Assembly (NCBI GenBank): GCA_965221165.1
Contig: CBDCRP010000003.1
Coordinates: 1,632,001-1,696,000, forward strand
Origin: a bacterium
GTDB lineage: Bacteria > UBA8248
DNA: 64,000 bases
Reading direction: 5' to 3'
Made by a program: the position numbers and the translations under genes. Under the pieces are notes generated by a model. That model saw only the letters and a list, made by a program, of their open reading frames with translations. It searched no databases and was not told the origin of the DNA. Shown in pieces: positions 41,032-50,374 of the stretch (the first letter of the stretch is position 1; each line of letters opens with the position of its first letter).

Positions 41032-41910
41032 ATGGAAAGGAAACCGGCCATGTGGCTCATCTTCGCCATGCTATCGCTTCTCATCCTTCATGTTTCCGCA
41101 CAGGGCGCACTAAATACCTGCGAGAGAGATTCCAAACTTATCAAAATCCCTGCGGGCCCTTTTTCGATGGGCAGCGACAGGGCCGAGCGTGATTATGGTT
41201 ATCGAATAGGCAGCCGCGCCGCGCGCAGATGGCGCTGGTTCGACAACTGGGAACTTCCGCGCAAACGCGTCGTCTTGGCCGAATACTTTATTGACAGGAA
41301 CCTGACGACTCAGGCCGAATACCGCCGCTTCGTGTGGGAGAACGGCCATCGCGCTCCTTTCATTTCGCCCAAAAATTATAAACATCAAGGCTATCTCGTT
41401 CATTCCTATGAGTCCGTGCGGCGCTATCTTTGGGGGAAAAACAAAGACGGTCGGCCGACATACTCGAAAGGTCTAGCGAATCATCCCGTCGTGCTCGTAA
41501 GTCAATCAGACGCGCAGGCCTACTGCATCTGGCGGGGCGGAAAAGCTCCAGCGAGATACCGACTGCCCACGGAGGCGGAATGGGAAAAGGCGGCGCGCGG
41601 CGCCGATGCCAGATATTTCCCCTGGGGCAACACCTTCGATCCCGAACGCCTGAACTTTGGCTACAAGGTGCACGCCACAACGCCCGTTGGCACGTATCCG
41701 AAGGGCAAAAGCCCGTATGGCGTGCTCGACATGGCGGGAAACGTCTTCGAGTGGACATCCACCCCGTTTTCAAAATCAAAAGCCACGATGAAAGGGGGTG
41801 GGTCCTGGGACGATCAGCCGGGTATCACGCGGGCAGCCGCTCGCCATGGACGGGACCCGAAGGCCCGGCACCTACTTTTTGGTTTTCGGTGTGTTTGCGT
41901 AAACCCATAA
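41032..41910 (+). CDS. Secreted FGE-sulfatase (SUMF1/EgtB/PvdO) domain protein
   Basis: FSMGS, HPVV, RLPTEAEWEKAARG, DMAGNVFEW, GFRC. Confidence 0.88.
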   Translation: MERKPAMWLIFAMLSLLILHVSAQGALNTCERDSKLIKIPAGPFSMGSDRAERDYGYRIGSRAARRWRWFDNWELPRKRVVLAEYFIDRNLTTQAEYRRFVWENGHRAPFISPKNYKHQGYLVHSYESVRRYLWGKNKDGRPTYSKGLANHPVVLVSQSDAQAYCIWRGGKAPARYRLPTEAEWEKAARGADARYFPWGNTFDPERLNFGYKVHATTPVGTYPKGKSPYGVLDMAGNVFEWTSTPFSKSKATMKGGGSWDDQPGITRAAARHGRDPKARHLLFGFRCVCVNP

Positions 41911-42085
41911 GACCAAATGACCCATGAAACATTGCCGATATCGTCAGAGTCACAAAATAGTTACATTCATCCATACTCGCTTGATGAAGGAATGCGCGTC
42001 CAGACAGGAAAATGCTTGAAGACCCTTCTTGCACATTCCTCATATAACTGAGAATCTCCTTCCCTTATCATCAGGGGAGCACGTC

Positions 42086-42685
42086 ATGGCTTGGATAGAA
42101 CCTATTTCTCCGGATTCCGCGGAGGGAACCACAAAAAAAATTATAGAAGGTCTGCGTAAGGCGAAAAAACCAATTCCCAAGATATTTCTTCAGATGGGCA
42201 GAAGGCCCGATGTTTTGGCCGGTCGCGAAATGCTCCGCAGTTCGGTCCATGGCGGCTCCAGCCTCGGAACGAGGCGGGAGGAATTGCTCGCCTTTTATGT
42301 GGCGGCTCATGGGGGGTGATACGGCTGAGCGATGAACCACGGACAGTTGTTCCGTGACGCGTGCGATGATGCCTCCATCGCTGAAGTAGGCCAGGTATTA
42401 GACGAGCCAAAACGCGCGAGAATTCTCGACCCTGCCGACCGCGCCATGCTCGCCTATGCGGAAAAAATGACCCATACGCCTCATCAAATGAAAAAAACAG
42501 ACATCGAGCGCTTAAGGTGTGCCGGCTTCAGCGAGGAAAACATCGTCGACATCATCGCGGCTGCGGCTTACAGAAACTTCGCCAATTCGATCAACTACGC
42601 CTACGGACACGTAGAGCAAAATCCCAAAGGCCCAAAGGAGCTGAAATCGGCCATTCAGAGGTTAAAAAAGAAAATTCGTGGATAA
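42086..42685 (+). CDS. AhpD/peroxidase-related selenoprotein with a UxxU motif (TGA at 42317-42319 and 42326-42328), 199 aa
   Basis: Two in-frame track ORFs joined by GGG GGG TGA TAC GGC TGA GCG ATG AAC CAC; REELLAFYVAAHGG-U-YG-U-AMNH aligns with the AhpD-family ExxAxxVxxxxxCxxCxxxH motif; RBS AGGGGAG. Confidence 0.8.
42329..42360 (+). promoter_or_regulatory. Bacterial SECIS-like hairpin after the UxxU codons
   Basis: GCG..CACGGA-CAGTTGT-TCCGTG..CGC; 17 nt separate the second UGA, and 26 nt the first, from the loop G. Confidence 0.55.
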
Positions 42686-43421
42686 AAAATCTCACGCGCT
42701 CTCATCTATTTCCTATCTGGGCTTGTTCATATCGAGCGCTTGCGCGCTGGCCGCTGTGGCGTCAGGGCTGGGTCATCGCTGGGGCTTATGGCATTTCAGC
42801 ATGGGATTTCAGATTTTCAAGGCCGCATCCATCATTGCGTTGATCTCCGTGGCCGTCTCCATAACGGGAGGCCTGTTTGCCCTGCGCGACGCTTCGAAGT
42901 TCAAGACTTCGGCCGCCGCCCTCGGCATCGCATTAGGTTTCACCGTAGCGGGCTTTCTTCACGCACACATGCAAATCTCGAGACGGGTACCCAAGATTCA
43001 CGACATCACGACAGACACTCAAAACCCGCCCTCTTTTCAAGACATCCTCCCACTGAGAAAAAGAGCGAAAAACCCACCCGCTTATGAGGGCATACGCATC
43101 GCACGGCTCCAGAAAAAAATGTATCCGGATATCAAGCCACTCATTTCCCGAGATTCAAAAGAGGAAATTTTCAAACGCGCTTTGGCCGCTGTACGCGCCA
43201 TCGGTTGGCAAGTGGTGACGTCAAAACCAGCCGAAGGACGTATCGAGGCGTATGACAATACTTTTTGGTATGGCTTTATCGATGACATCGTAATCCGGAT
43301 AACGTCGAATAATGGGATGACGCGCCTCGACATCCGCTCGAAATCCCGTGTGGGCGTAGGCGACATAGGCGCGAATGCCAGGCGAATTCGCACCTTTTTC
43401 GAAAAGCTAAAAGTAAGATAG
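42678..43421 (+). CDS. DUF1499 family membrane protein
   Basis: 3 TM segments, then IHDITTD, YPDIKP, GFIDDIVIR, RSKSRVGVGDIGANARRI; overlaps the UxxU gene stop. Confidence 0.85.
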   Translation: MDKKSHALSSISYLGLFISSACALAAVASGLGHRWGLWHFSMGFQIFKAASIIALISVAVSITGGLFALRDASKFKTSAAALGIALGFTVAGFLHAHMQISRRVPKIHDITTDTQNPPSFQDILPLRKRAKNPPAYEGIRIARLQKKMYPDIKPLISRDSKEEIFKRALAAVRAIGWQVVTSKPAEGRIEAYDNTFWYGFIDDIVIRITSNNGMTRLDIRSKSRVGVGDIGANARRIRTFFEKLKVR

Positions 43422-43497
43422 ACTGGGATATTCCACTTTTGTGATCGGGGATTCGCCATGAAATGATGATGTTTTGAGCATCGTATTGAGGACGCTA

Positions 43498-45816
43498 ATG
43501 TCTGAATACCTAATATTAGGCAAATCCATACCAAGACTCGATTCCGCAGAGAAAGTTTCCGGATTCGCCGATTTTGGAGATGACTTGCGCAGGCCCGGTT
43601 GCCTCACTGCGAAATTGCTCTTGAGTCCGCACCCCCATGCCCAAATCAAAAAAATCGACACCACCGATGCTTTGAAGATTCCCGGCGTACACGCTGTCGT
43701 CACGGCGGAGAATTTCTCCGGCATCCGCCACGGCAGGCTCGTGCGCGATGAACCGCTGCTCGCCATCGACAAAGTGCTTCACATCGGCGAGCGCGTGGCC
43801 GCCGTGGCCGCCGAAACCCCGGAAGCCGCGCAGGCCGCACTCAAGAAAATTCATGTAGATTATGAAGTGCTCCCCGCCGTATTCACGACAGACGACGCCC
43901 TGAAAGATGACGCTCCCCTCCTCCATGACTCCCTGGATGATTACACGTCGTTTCCGGGTATCGTGCGGTATGGAAACGTAGCCACCGATATTCTTATCCG
44001 ATCGGGCGACCCAATAGAGGAAGCGCTCACTCGGGCTGATTTCGTTTTCGAGGACGAATACGAAACGCCCCGCGTTCACCAGAATTATCTCGAACCCCGC
44101 GCCATGCTCGCGGAACCCGGACCCGAGGACAGCACGGTAGTCTATTCACCCACCCAGGCGGCTTTCGTGGTGCGCGCTATCGCTTCGGAAATACTCGAAC
44201 TTCCCATGAACAAACTACGCGTTGTGAGCACTCATGTAGGAGGCGCTTTCGGTGGCAAATCCCAACATCTACTGGAAGCCCTAGCCGTTCTTTTGAGCAG
44301 AAAATCGAACCGGCCCGTTCAACTGACTCTCAATCGCGAAGAGGAAACCATCACCGGAAACCCGAGGCACGCATACCGTATGCGCTATCGCACAGGCGTG
44401 ACGCGGGAAGGAAAAATCATCGGGCGCCACGTGCAAATAACATCGAACAACGGTGCCTATTGCATGACGGGTCCGATGGTGCTTGGAAAATCCTGCTACA
44501 CCAGTACGGGACCATACAAAATTCCCAATGTCAGGGTCGATGGTCTACTCGTATATACGAACCTTCCCCCCAGCGGTTCTTATCGGGGTCTGGGCGTGGC
44601 ACAGGTCGCTTTCGCCTGCGAGCGACATACTGACCGCATTGCTTCAGAATTAGGAATGGACCCACTCACTTTTCGGCTCCTTAATGCGATGGGTGAAAAC
44701 GATGCGGACCCCGCCGGTACGATTTTACAAAGCGTGAGCATAAAGGAAACGCTTGAACGCGCGGGCCAAAAAGCGGGCTGGGGGAAGCAGAAGGAGGAAA
44801 ATCAGGGCCTCAGAATCAGGCGGGGTTTGGGCATCGGCTGCGCGCGCTATCCCACGGGTGGAGGGGCATCGGGCGCCGTGGTGAAGGTGAACGAGGATGG
44901 GGGCTTGGCTGTATTGGCCGGCTGTTCCGACCTGGGCACGGGCGCGGCTACCTTGATGGCGCAGGTGGCGGCTGAGGTTCTGCAATCCGACATCGAAAAA
45001 GTTAGCGTTCGTATCGCCGACACCGAAACCACGCCCTTCGACTCCATCACCGCGGGTAGCCGCACCACGTTCAACATGGCGCACGCAGTGCGCATGGCGG
45101 CGGAAGATGCTCGCGAGCAATTGCTTCGCCAAGCGGCGCGCATGCTCGAATCATCCCCTGAGGACCTGGACATCGGCGATGGAAATATATTCATGCGCGC
45201 AGCGCCCTCGCGCGCCATTCCGTTCGCTGAAGTGGCGTATTCCGCTGTATGGAAAGGCGACGGACCCGTGACCGGTCGCGGTGCCTACCGTGGAGAGAAT
45301 CCTCCTCATCGGACGGATAATGTGCGTGGCCATCCAGAGCCCTCGAGACCCGGACCAGAATTTGCCACCCAAATCGCAGAAGTCGAAGTCGACACCGAGA
45401 CAGGAGAAACCAAGGTCTTAAGAATCACCAGCGCGCAAGATGTGGGCTTCGCCATGAACCCCCTCACCCTGAACGGACAGATAGAGGGCGGCATTGCGCA
45501 GGGGCTGGGCTGGGCTCTGGCCGAGCAGATTCACCATGAAAAGGGCGTCATCGTTCATGCGGATTTCGAGAGCCAACTCAACCCCACGAGTTTGGATGTC
45601 TCGGAAATCGAAAGCGTGATTGTGGAATCGCCCGATGTGGAAGGTCCCTTTGGAGCCAAGGGAGCGGGGGAAATGCCGCTCATTCCAGCGGCGCCCGCGA
45701 TTGCCAACGCGATCGCCGATGCCATCGGGGATCCGGCCAACCCGAACCTCAACAACCTGCCTATCGCACCGGAGGACATCGTTCGCGCGGTTCGCGAACA
45801 AAACGCTTCCGAATAA
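43498..45816 (+). CDS. Xanthine dehydrogenase family molybdopterin-binding large subunit
   Basis: SPHPHA, YLEP, VGGAFGGK, YRGLG, GSRTT, GQIEGG, GPFGAKGAGE. Confidence 0.93.
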   Translation: MSEYLILGKSIPRLDSAEKVSGFADFGDDLRRPGCLTAKLLLSPHPHAQIKKIDTTDALKIPGVHAVVTAENFSGIRHGRLVRDEPLLAIDKVLHIGERVAAVAAETPEAAQAALKKIHVDYEVLPAVFTTDDALKDDAPLLHDSLDDYTSFPGIVRYGNVATDILIRSGDPIEEALTRADFVFEDEYETPRVHQNYLEPRAMLAEPGPEDSTVVYSPTQAAFVVRAIASEILELPMNKLRVVSTHVGGAFGGKSQHLLEALAVLLSRKSNRPVQLTLNREEETITGNPRHAYRMRYRTGVTREGKIIGRHVQITSNNGAYCMTGPMVLGKSCYTSTGPYKIPNVRVDGLLVYTNLPPSGSYRGLGVAQVAFACERHTDRIASELGMDPLTFRLLNAMGENDADPAGTILQSVSIKETLERAGQKAGWGKQKEENQGLRIRRGLGIGCARYPTGGGASGAVVKVNEDGGLAVLAGCSDLGTGAATLMAQVAAEVLQSDIEKVSVRIADTETTPFDSITAGSRTTFNMAHAVRMAAEDAREQLLRQAARMLESSPEDLDIGDGNIFMRAAPSRAIPFAEVAYSAVWKGDGPVTGRGAYRGENPPHRTDNVRGHPEPSRPGPEFATQIAEVEVDTETGETKVLRITSAQDVGFAMNPLTLNGQIEGGIAQGLGWALAEQIHHEKGVIVHADFESQLNPTSLDVSEIESVIVESPDVEGPFGAKGAGEMPLIPAAPAIANAIADAIGDPANPNLNNLPIAPEDIVRAVREQNASE

Positions 45817-45821
45817 GCTTC

Positions 45822-47102
45822 TTAGTTTTTCAGTTCAAATTTCTCGTCATAAACATAAAAGTTCGATGACGCCGCGATATCTCGCGCCTGTGTGATGAGC
45901 TTGCGCGACAATCTTGAAATGTACGAATTCTTGAGAAACTCGACATAGAAATTGTAGTAAAAAGCATCGGGCCGCACATGAACGCGCACCCTGAGCCTCG
46001 CCGCACCCTCGGCTCGTCCTCTTCTGTATCGAAACGTGATGGATTTTTGAGGGGGAATGCGCGTGTCATAGATTTCGCGGCTAAAATCAGGCGAAAGTTT
46101 CCGCTCGATCACATTAATCTGCCTTGACCCCGGTATGGTTCGCCCACTCTTATTCTCCAGCTCGGAGATGACATCCACAGAAGGCGTAATATAGGTAGGG
46201 AAATAATGCCCGGCACCTGAGTTCGTGAGCTTAATTTCGGCCGTGACGATTTGCCCGGGCGCTTCCTCCCCGAGCGTGACGTCTATTTGCACGGCGCCCT
46301 GGGTCATATCCTTATCATGTATGCCTCGCCATAGATGTGCACGCCCGGGCATGTGACAACTCTGGCAAGCAATGCCCTCTTTGCCCCAAAGCGAGTTTTT
46401 CCACTCGTTGTACGTGTTCTGAATCGATTTCCCGTTCGGCCCGGGAAACGTGTGCTGGTGGCAACCCATGCAAAATTCAGCACGGCTGAAAAAAAGCGTG
46501 CGTTCTACCCCTGCGTGTGGACCACTCCTTGTCGTGTCATCCACCCCTTCGGGGGTTTCCTTCTTGGGTGGACCGTACACACGCCAATCACGCACATGGC
46601 ATGCGGCGCAGGCCAGTCCGTGCATCTCCAGTTTTCGATCGTGGATTGGGTTTTTCCGCCAATTCGCAAAAGGACCCGCACCCAACTTCGCGCGCTTCTG
46701 CTGTTCCGCCAAAGGCGCATGGCACTCATTACAACTTTGTGCTTCCTCGGGACTTGTTTTCCACATATCGACGAGTTGTCCATAGATGCCCGGGCTCATC
46801 GCGTTGGCGTGAAGCGTGGTCTTCCATTGTTTGTACTGATCGAGATGACAACTCCCGCAACTCTCGGGCAAAAGAGAACGCTCAGCGCCTTTGTATGATT
46901 TCGGCACCTCACCCATCGGGGACAAAGGGTAGGCGAAATGCTCCTTCACGAAATCCCGCCAATGTTTCCATTTGCCGGGAATCTCTTTTTCTTCCGCCGT
47001 CTCGATGGAGGAGAAGGCGAATCCATTTGATGTCTTCTGAAAAATAAAAGAGAGGACGAGAAAGTAAATAGCAACGATTATAACCATGAAATTCAAGCGC
47101 AT
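45822..47102 (-). CDS. Periplasmic pentaheme cytochrome c
   Basis: N-terminal signal/anchor; five CxxCH motifs (CGSCH, CNECH, CAACH, CMGCH, CQSCH); GAGHYFPT. Confidence 0.9.
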   Translation of the reverse strand: MRLNFMVIIVAIYFLVLSFIFQKTSNGFAFSSIETAEEKEIPGKWKHWRDFVKEHFAYPLSPMGEVPKSYKGAERSLLPESCGSCHLDQYKQWKTTLHANAMSPGIYGQLVDMWKTSPEEAQSCNECHAPLAEQQKRAKLGAGPFANWRKNPIHDRKLEMHGLACAACHVRDWRVYGPPKKETPEGVDDTTRSGPHAGVERTLFFSRAEFCMGCHQHTFPGPNGKSIQNTYNEWKNSLWGKEGIACQSCHMPGRAHLWRGIHDKDMTQGAVQIDVTLGEEAPGQIVTAEIKLTNSGAGHYFPTYITPSVDVISELENKSGRTIPGSRQINVIERKLSPDFSREIYDTRIPPQKSITFRYRRGRAEGAARLRVRVHVRPDAFYYNFYVEFLKNSYISRLSRKLITQARDIAASSNFYVYDEKFELKN

Positions 47103-47398
47103 TTCATACTTCCTGTTCTAGCGGCTCACCGGCATGTCCTGCCTACTCTTGTGCAAAAACATCCATGCGGAAAATGCTCCAAAAGACAAATCCAAAAAAT
47201 TGTAGCGCTCTCGCGAGTAGGTTTCCAGAGTGGCGTGAAAACACCGTTTTTCTTAACGGGTGGATTTTCGCACAACGCTCAAGAATCCTCCGTCTCGGAG
47301 AGTTGACATCCCCAAGATGTGAATGGGTTTTACTTGTTTGATTGAATTAGATAGGGTCTCTCCAGCAATCGAAACCAATACGCATCAAACTCGGAGTA

Positions 47399-47854
47399 AT
47401 GATGAATTTCGCCATACGCCCTGCCACTGTTGAGGACGCAGAGAAAATTATCCAATTCAACATCGATATGGCCCTAGAAAGTGAAAACCTGCGCCTCAAG
47501 CCTGAAAAAGTTCGTCAAGGAGTGCAAAAATCGCTCTTAAACCCATCAATGGGACGATATTACCTCGCGCATCGGGGCGATGAAATTCTAGGGCAAATCC
47601 GAGTCACTCTGGAGTGGAGCGATTGGAACAACGGCCAGTATTGGTGGATTCAGAACGTATATGTCGTTCCATCGGCGAGAAAACAGGGCGTCTACAGCGC
47701 CTTGCACCATCACGTCAAAAATCTTGCCGTCCAGGCAGGAGCCTGTGGCCTGCAACTATACGTCGATGCGCAAAACTTGGGCGCGCAATCGGTGTATAAG
47801 AATCTGAACATGCTCGAAAGCCATTATCTTATTTTCGAGCAAATGGACGATTAG
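47399..47854 (+). CDS. GNAT family acetyltransferase
   Basis: IRPAT, EWSDW, VYV..ARKQGVY, LYVD..N..A..VY. Confidence 0.88.
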   Translation: MMNFAIRPATVEDAEKIIQFNIDMALESENLRLKPEKVRQGVQKSLLNPSMGRYYLAHRGDEILGQIRVTLEWSDWNNGQYWWIQNVYVVPSARKQGVYSALHHHVKNLAVQAGACGLQLYVDAQNLGAQSVYKNLNMLESHYLIFEQMDD

Positions 47855-47985
47855 CCAAAAAAACCGGGGGAGGCGTTGCTCTGCATCACACGATGGATGC
47901 GTCAAGTCCGGCCTTTCAGAAGAAATCCTTCAGTGTCCTCAGATGAGCGACACAGAATCCAAAATGTCTCTTTCGTGCCCGTAAA

Positions 47986-48465
47986 TCAACGCCCCTCTCG
48001 ATTTCTCTTGAGAGGTATAACATCCGCATGCTCCTGATCATTATTGTGGCGGTGGCCCCGCCAAGAAGAAGGCCAGACATATCGCACGCGCCATAGGGTT
48101 CGGGCAGCTCCTCCCACCGCCCACGTGACGACGCTTCCCGCAGCGCGCGTTCTCCGTCCCAGCGAGCGAAACGCCTTTTTCCCGCCCTCTTCACCAATCG
48201 AGACGAGGCGCGACGTAGCCTCTTTGGCTGCGCCAATCGGCCGGAGGGCCTGCTCGATCGCCTGACGCAAAATCCATTTCAGAACCAAGCAAAACACAAT
48301 CGAAAAAGCGAAAAATACGCCGAACACCTTAAGCCCGCGCGCGGGCTCATCCACTATCATGACGCTCATTTGGGCGATGCCGTAAAATATCAGGCCCACC
48401 ATGGCCAAACAAACGGCCACGGCGCCGCCCGAGCGCGTGATCACCCGGAATAAACCAAACATCAT
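47986..48465 (-). CDS. Hypothetical membrane protein
   Basis: Two TM segments and a basic C-terminus. Confidence 0.5.
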   Translation of the reverse strand: MMFGLFRVITRSGGAVAVCLAMVGLIFYGIAQMSVMIVDEPARGLKVFGVFFAFSIVFCLVLKWILRQAIEQALRPIGAAKEATSRLVSIGEEGGKKAFRSLGRRTRAAGSVVTWAVGGAARTLWRVRYVWPSSWRGHRHNNDQEHADVIPLKRNREGR

Positions 48466-48640
48466 CGTCTCCGAATTTCCGCCGGCGCCAGAGAATACTT
48501 CTGATTCGACTAGAATACCTCATTTTCGAAATCGAAATCCACCGCGGAGGTTTCATGTAGTACAGATATTTCCGTTGACGCGCGCAAACTCTCGTTTTAT
48601 GTTCACTAGCCGATATGGAAACCAAATGAGGAGCAAGAAA

Positions 48641-49924
48641 TTGTTCGACATCCGTCTCATCAGAAACAACCCCGAAGCGGTGGCGCGCGCACTCGCCCGC
48701 AGGGGCGGCGATTGGGACCTCTCCGGAATACTGAAAATCGACGCCCGAAGGCGGGACTTGACCCACCAGGTCGAAAGCCGGGTGGCCGACGTGAGAAAGC
48801 GCAGCAAAAAAATCGGTGAACTCAAACGCAATAAAGCGTCCGATGAGGAGGTCGAAGCATTTTTGGCCGAAAATCACCGATTGACCGCCGAGGCGAAATC
48901 CATAGAGGGAGAACTGGCCGAACTCGCGCAAAAACAAAACGATTTTCTGCTCGATCTCCCCAACGCGCCGCATGAGACCACCCCCGACGGCCAAAGCGCC
49001 GATGACAACACCCTCCTGAGGGCTTGGGGCGAAAGGCCGGTTTTTGGTTTCGAGCCCAAAGCGCATGATGATTTGGGCGAAGCCTTGGGCATTCTGGACA
49101 TGAAGCGCGCCGTAAAGATAGCAGGCGCGCGTTTTGCGCTGTACCGGGGCGCGGGGGCGCGTTTGGAGCGCGCCCTCATCAACTTCATGCTCGACCTGCA
49201 TACGAACGAGCACGGCTACACCGAGTGGCTTCCCCCCTTCATGGTGAACCCTGCGGCCATGACCGGCACCGGCCAGTTGCCGAAATTCGAAGAAGACCTC
49301 TTCCGGGTCGATGACGGAAAATTCTACCTGATTCCCACCGCCGAGGTGCCCGTCACCAACATCCACAGGGAGGAAATCCTGGACGGGCGGGATTTGCCGC
49401 TCAAATACACGGCCTATTCCCCTTGCTTCAGGAGCGAGGCGGGCTCCTACGGCCAGGATACGCGCGGCCTCATCCGCCTGCACCAGTTCAACAAGGTCGA
49501 ACTCGTCAAATTCGCCCGGCCCGAGGAGAGCTACGGGGAACTCGAAAGCTTGACCGCCGACGCCGAGGAAATCCTGAAGCGCCTGGGGCTTCACTACCGC
49601 GTCGTCGCGCTGTGCGCGGGGGATTTGGGTTTTTCCGCCGCCAAGACGTATGACATCGAGGTCTGGGTGCCCTCGCAGAACACCTACCGGGAAATCTCTT
49701 CTTGCAGTAATTTCGAGGATTTCCAGGCCAGGCGCGCCCAGATCCGCTATCGCCCCGAGCCGGGGGCCAGACCAGAACTCCTCCACACCCTAAACGGCTC
49801 GGGCCTCGCCGTGGGACGCACGCTGGTGGCGATTCTGGAGAATTTTCAGCGCGAAGACGGCTCCGTCGAGATACCCGAAATTCTAAGGCCCTACATGGGG
49901 GGAATGGCCTCCATTTCGGCCTAA
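48641..49924 (+). CDS. serS: Seryl-tRNA synthetase
   Basis: [43 protein letters not shown]; TTG start after GAGGAG. Confidence 0.97.
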   Translation: MFDIRLIRNNPEAVARALARRGGDWDLSGILKIDARRRDLTHQVESRVADVRKRSKKIGELKRNKASDEEVEAFLAENHRLTAEAKSIEGELAELAQKQNDFLLDLPNAPHETTPDGQSADDNTLLRAWGERPVFGFEPKAHDDLGEALGILDMKRAVKIAGARFALYRGAGARLERALINFMLDLHTNEHGYTEWLPPFMVNPAAMTGTGQLPKFEEDLFRVDDGKFYLIPTAEVPVTNIHREEILDGRDLPLKYTAYSPCFRSEAGSYGQDTRGLIRLHQFNKVELVKFARPEESYGELESLTADAEEILKRLGLHYRVVALCAGDLGFSAAKTYDIEVWVPSQNTYREISSCSNFEDFQARRAQIRYRPEPGARPELLHTLNGSGLAVGRTLVAILENFQREDGSVEIPEILRPYMGGMASISA

Positions 49925-49957
49925 AATCCTCATAACCCCTTTAATATCAACATTATA

Positions 49958-50121
49958 AATTTTCACTTATTTTCAGATATTTTTCCCTTTTTTCACCCTT
50001 TTTTCACTTATTTTCAGAAATTCATTGAACCCCGGACGTGACGACCCGCTTCGCAAGCATACACGGACATTCTTTCCATTCGAAAGCCGCAAATGCGGGC
50101 AAATGCGTGTGCATCCTCGTG
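49958..50121 (-). repeat. ~160-bp non-coding element, copy 2 (inverted)
   Basis: Reverse complement of 31764-31924 with few differences. Confidence 0.85.
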
Positions 50122-50374
50122 CGGTGAACGTGCGATGCGGACCAGTCCCCACCGAAGAGGTCGGGTGACGACCACCCTTTGAGGCCGCCCCACCCCGAGG
50201 AGGGGAAGACTGCGGTTTTCCGACCGGGGAGGCTCGTGGTTTTGCAGGGGTGGAAGCTCGCGCGTGTCCGCCCGGGCCATGGGAACGCCCCCCGGATAAT
50301 TGTCGTTGCCGACCATTGTCGGTGGATTTATAATACTTTTCATCCGGTTTCACGGTATCTCAAGGAGGATAACC

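Noticed and set aside
41032-41910. Selenoneine/ergothioneine synthase (SenA/EgtB) or a true formylglycine-generating enzyme
   Set aside because: No DinB-like His metal domain, no FGE catalytic Cys pair, and it has a signal peptide.
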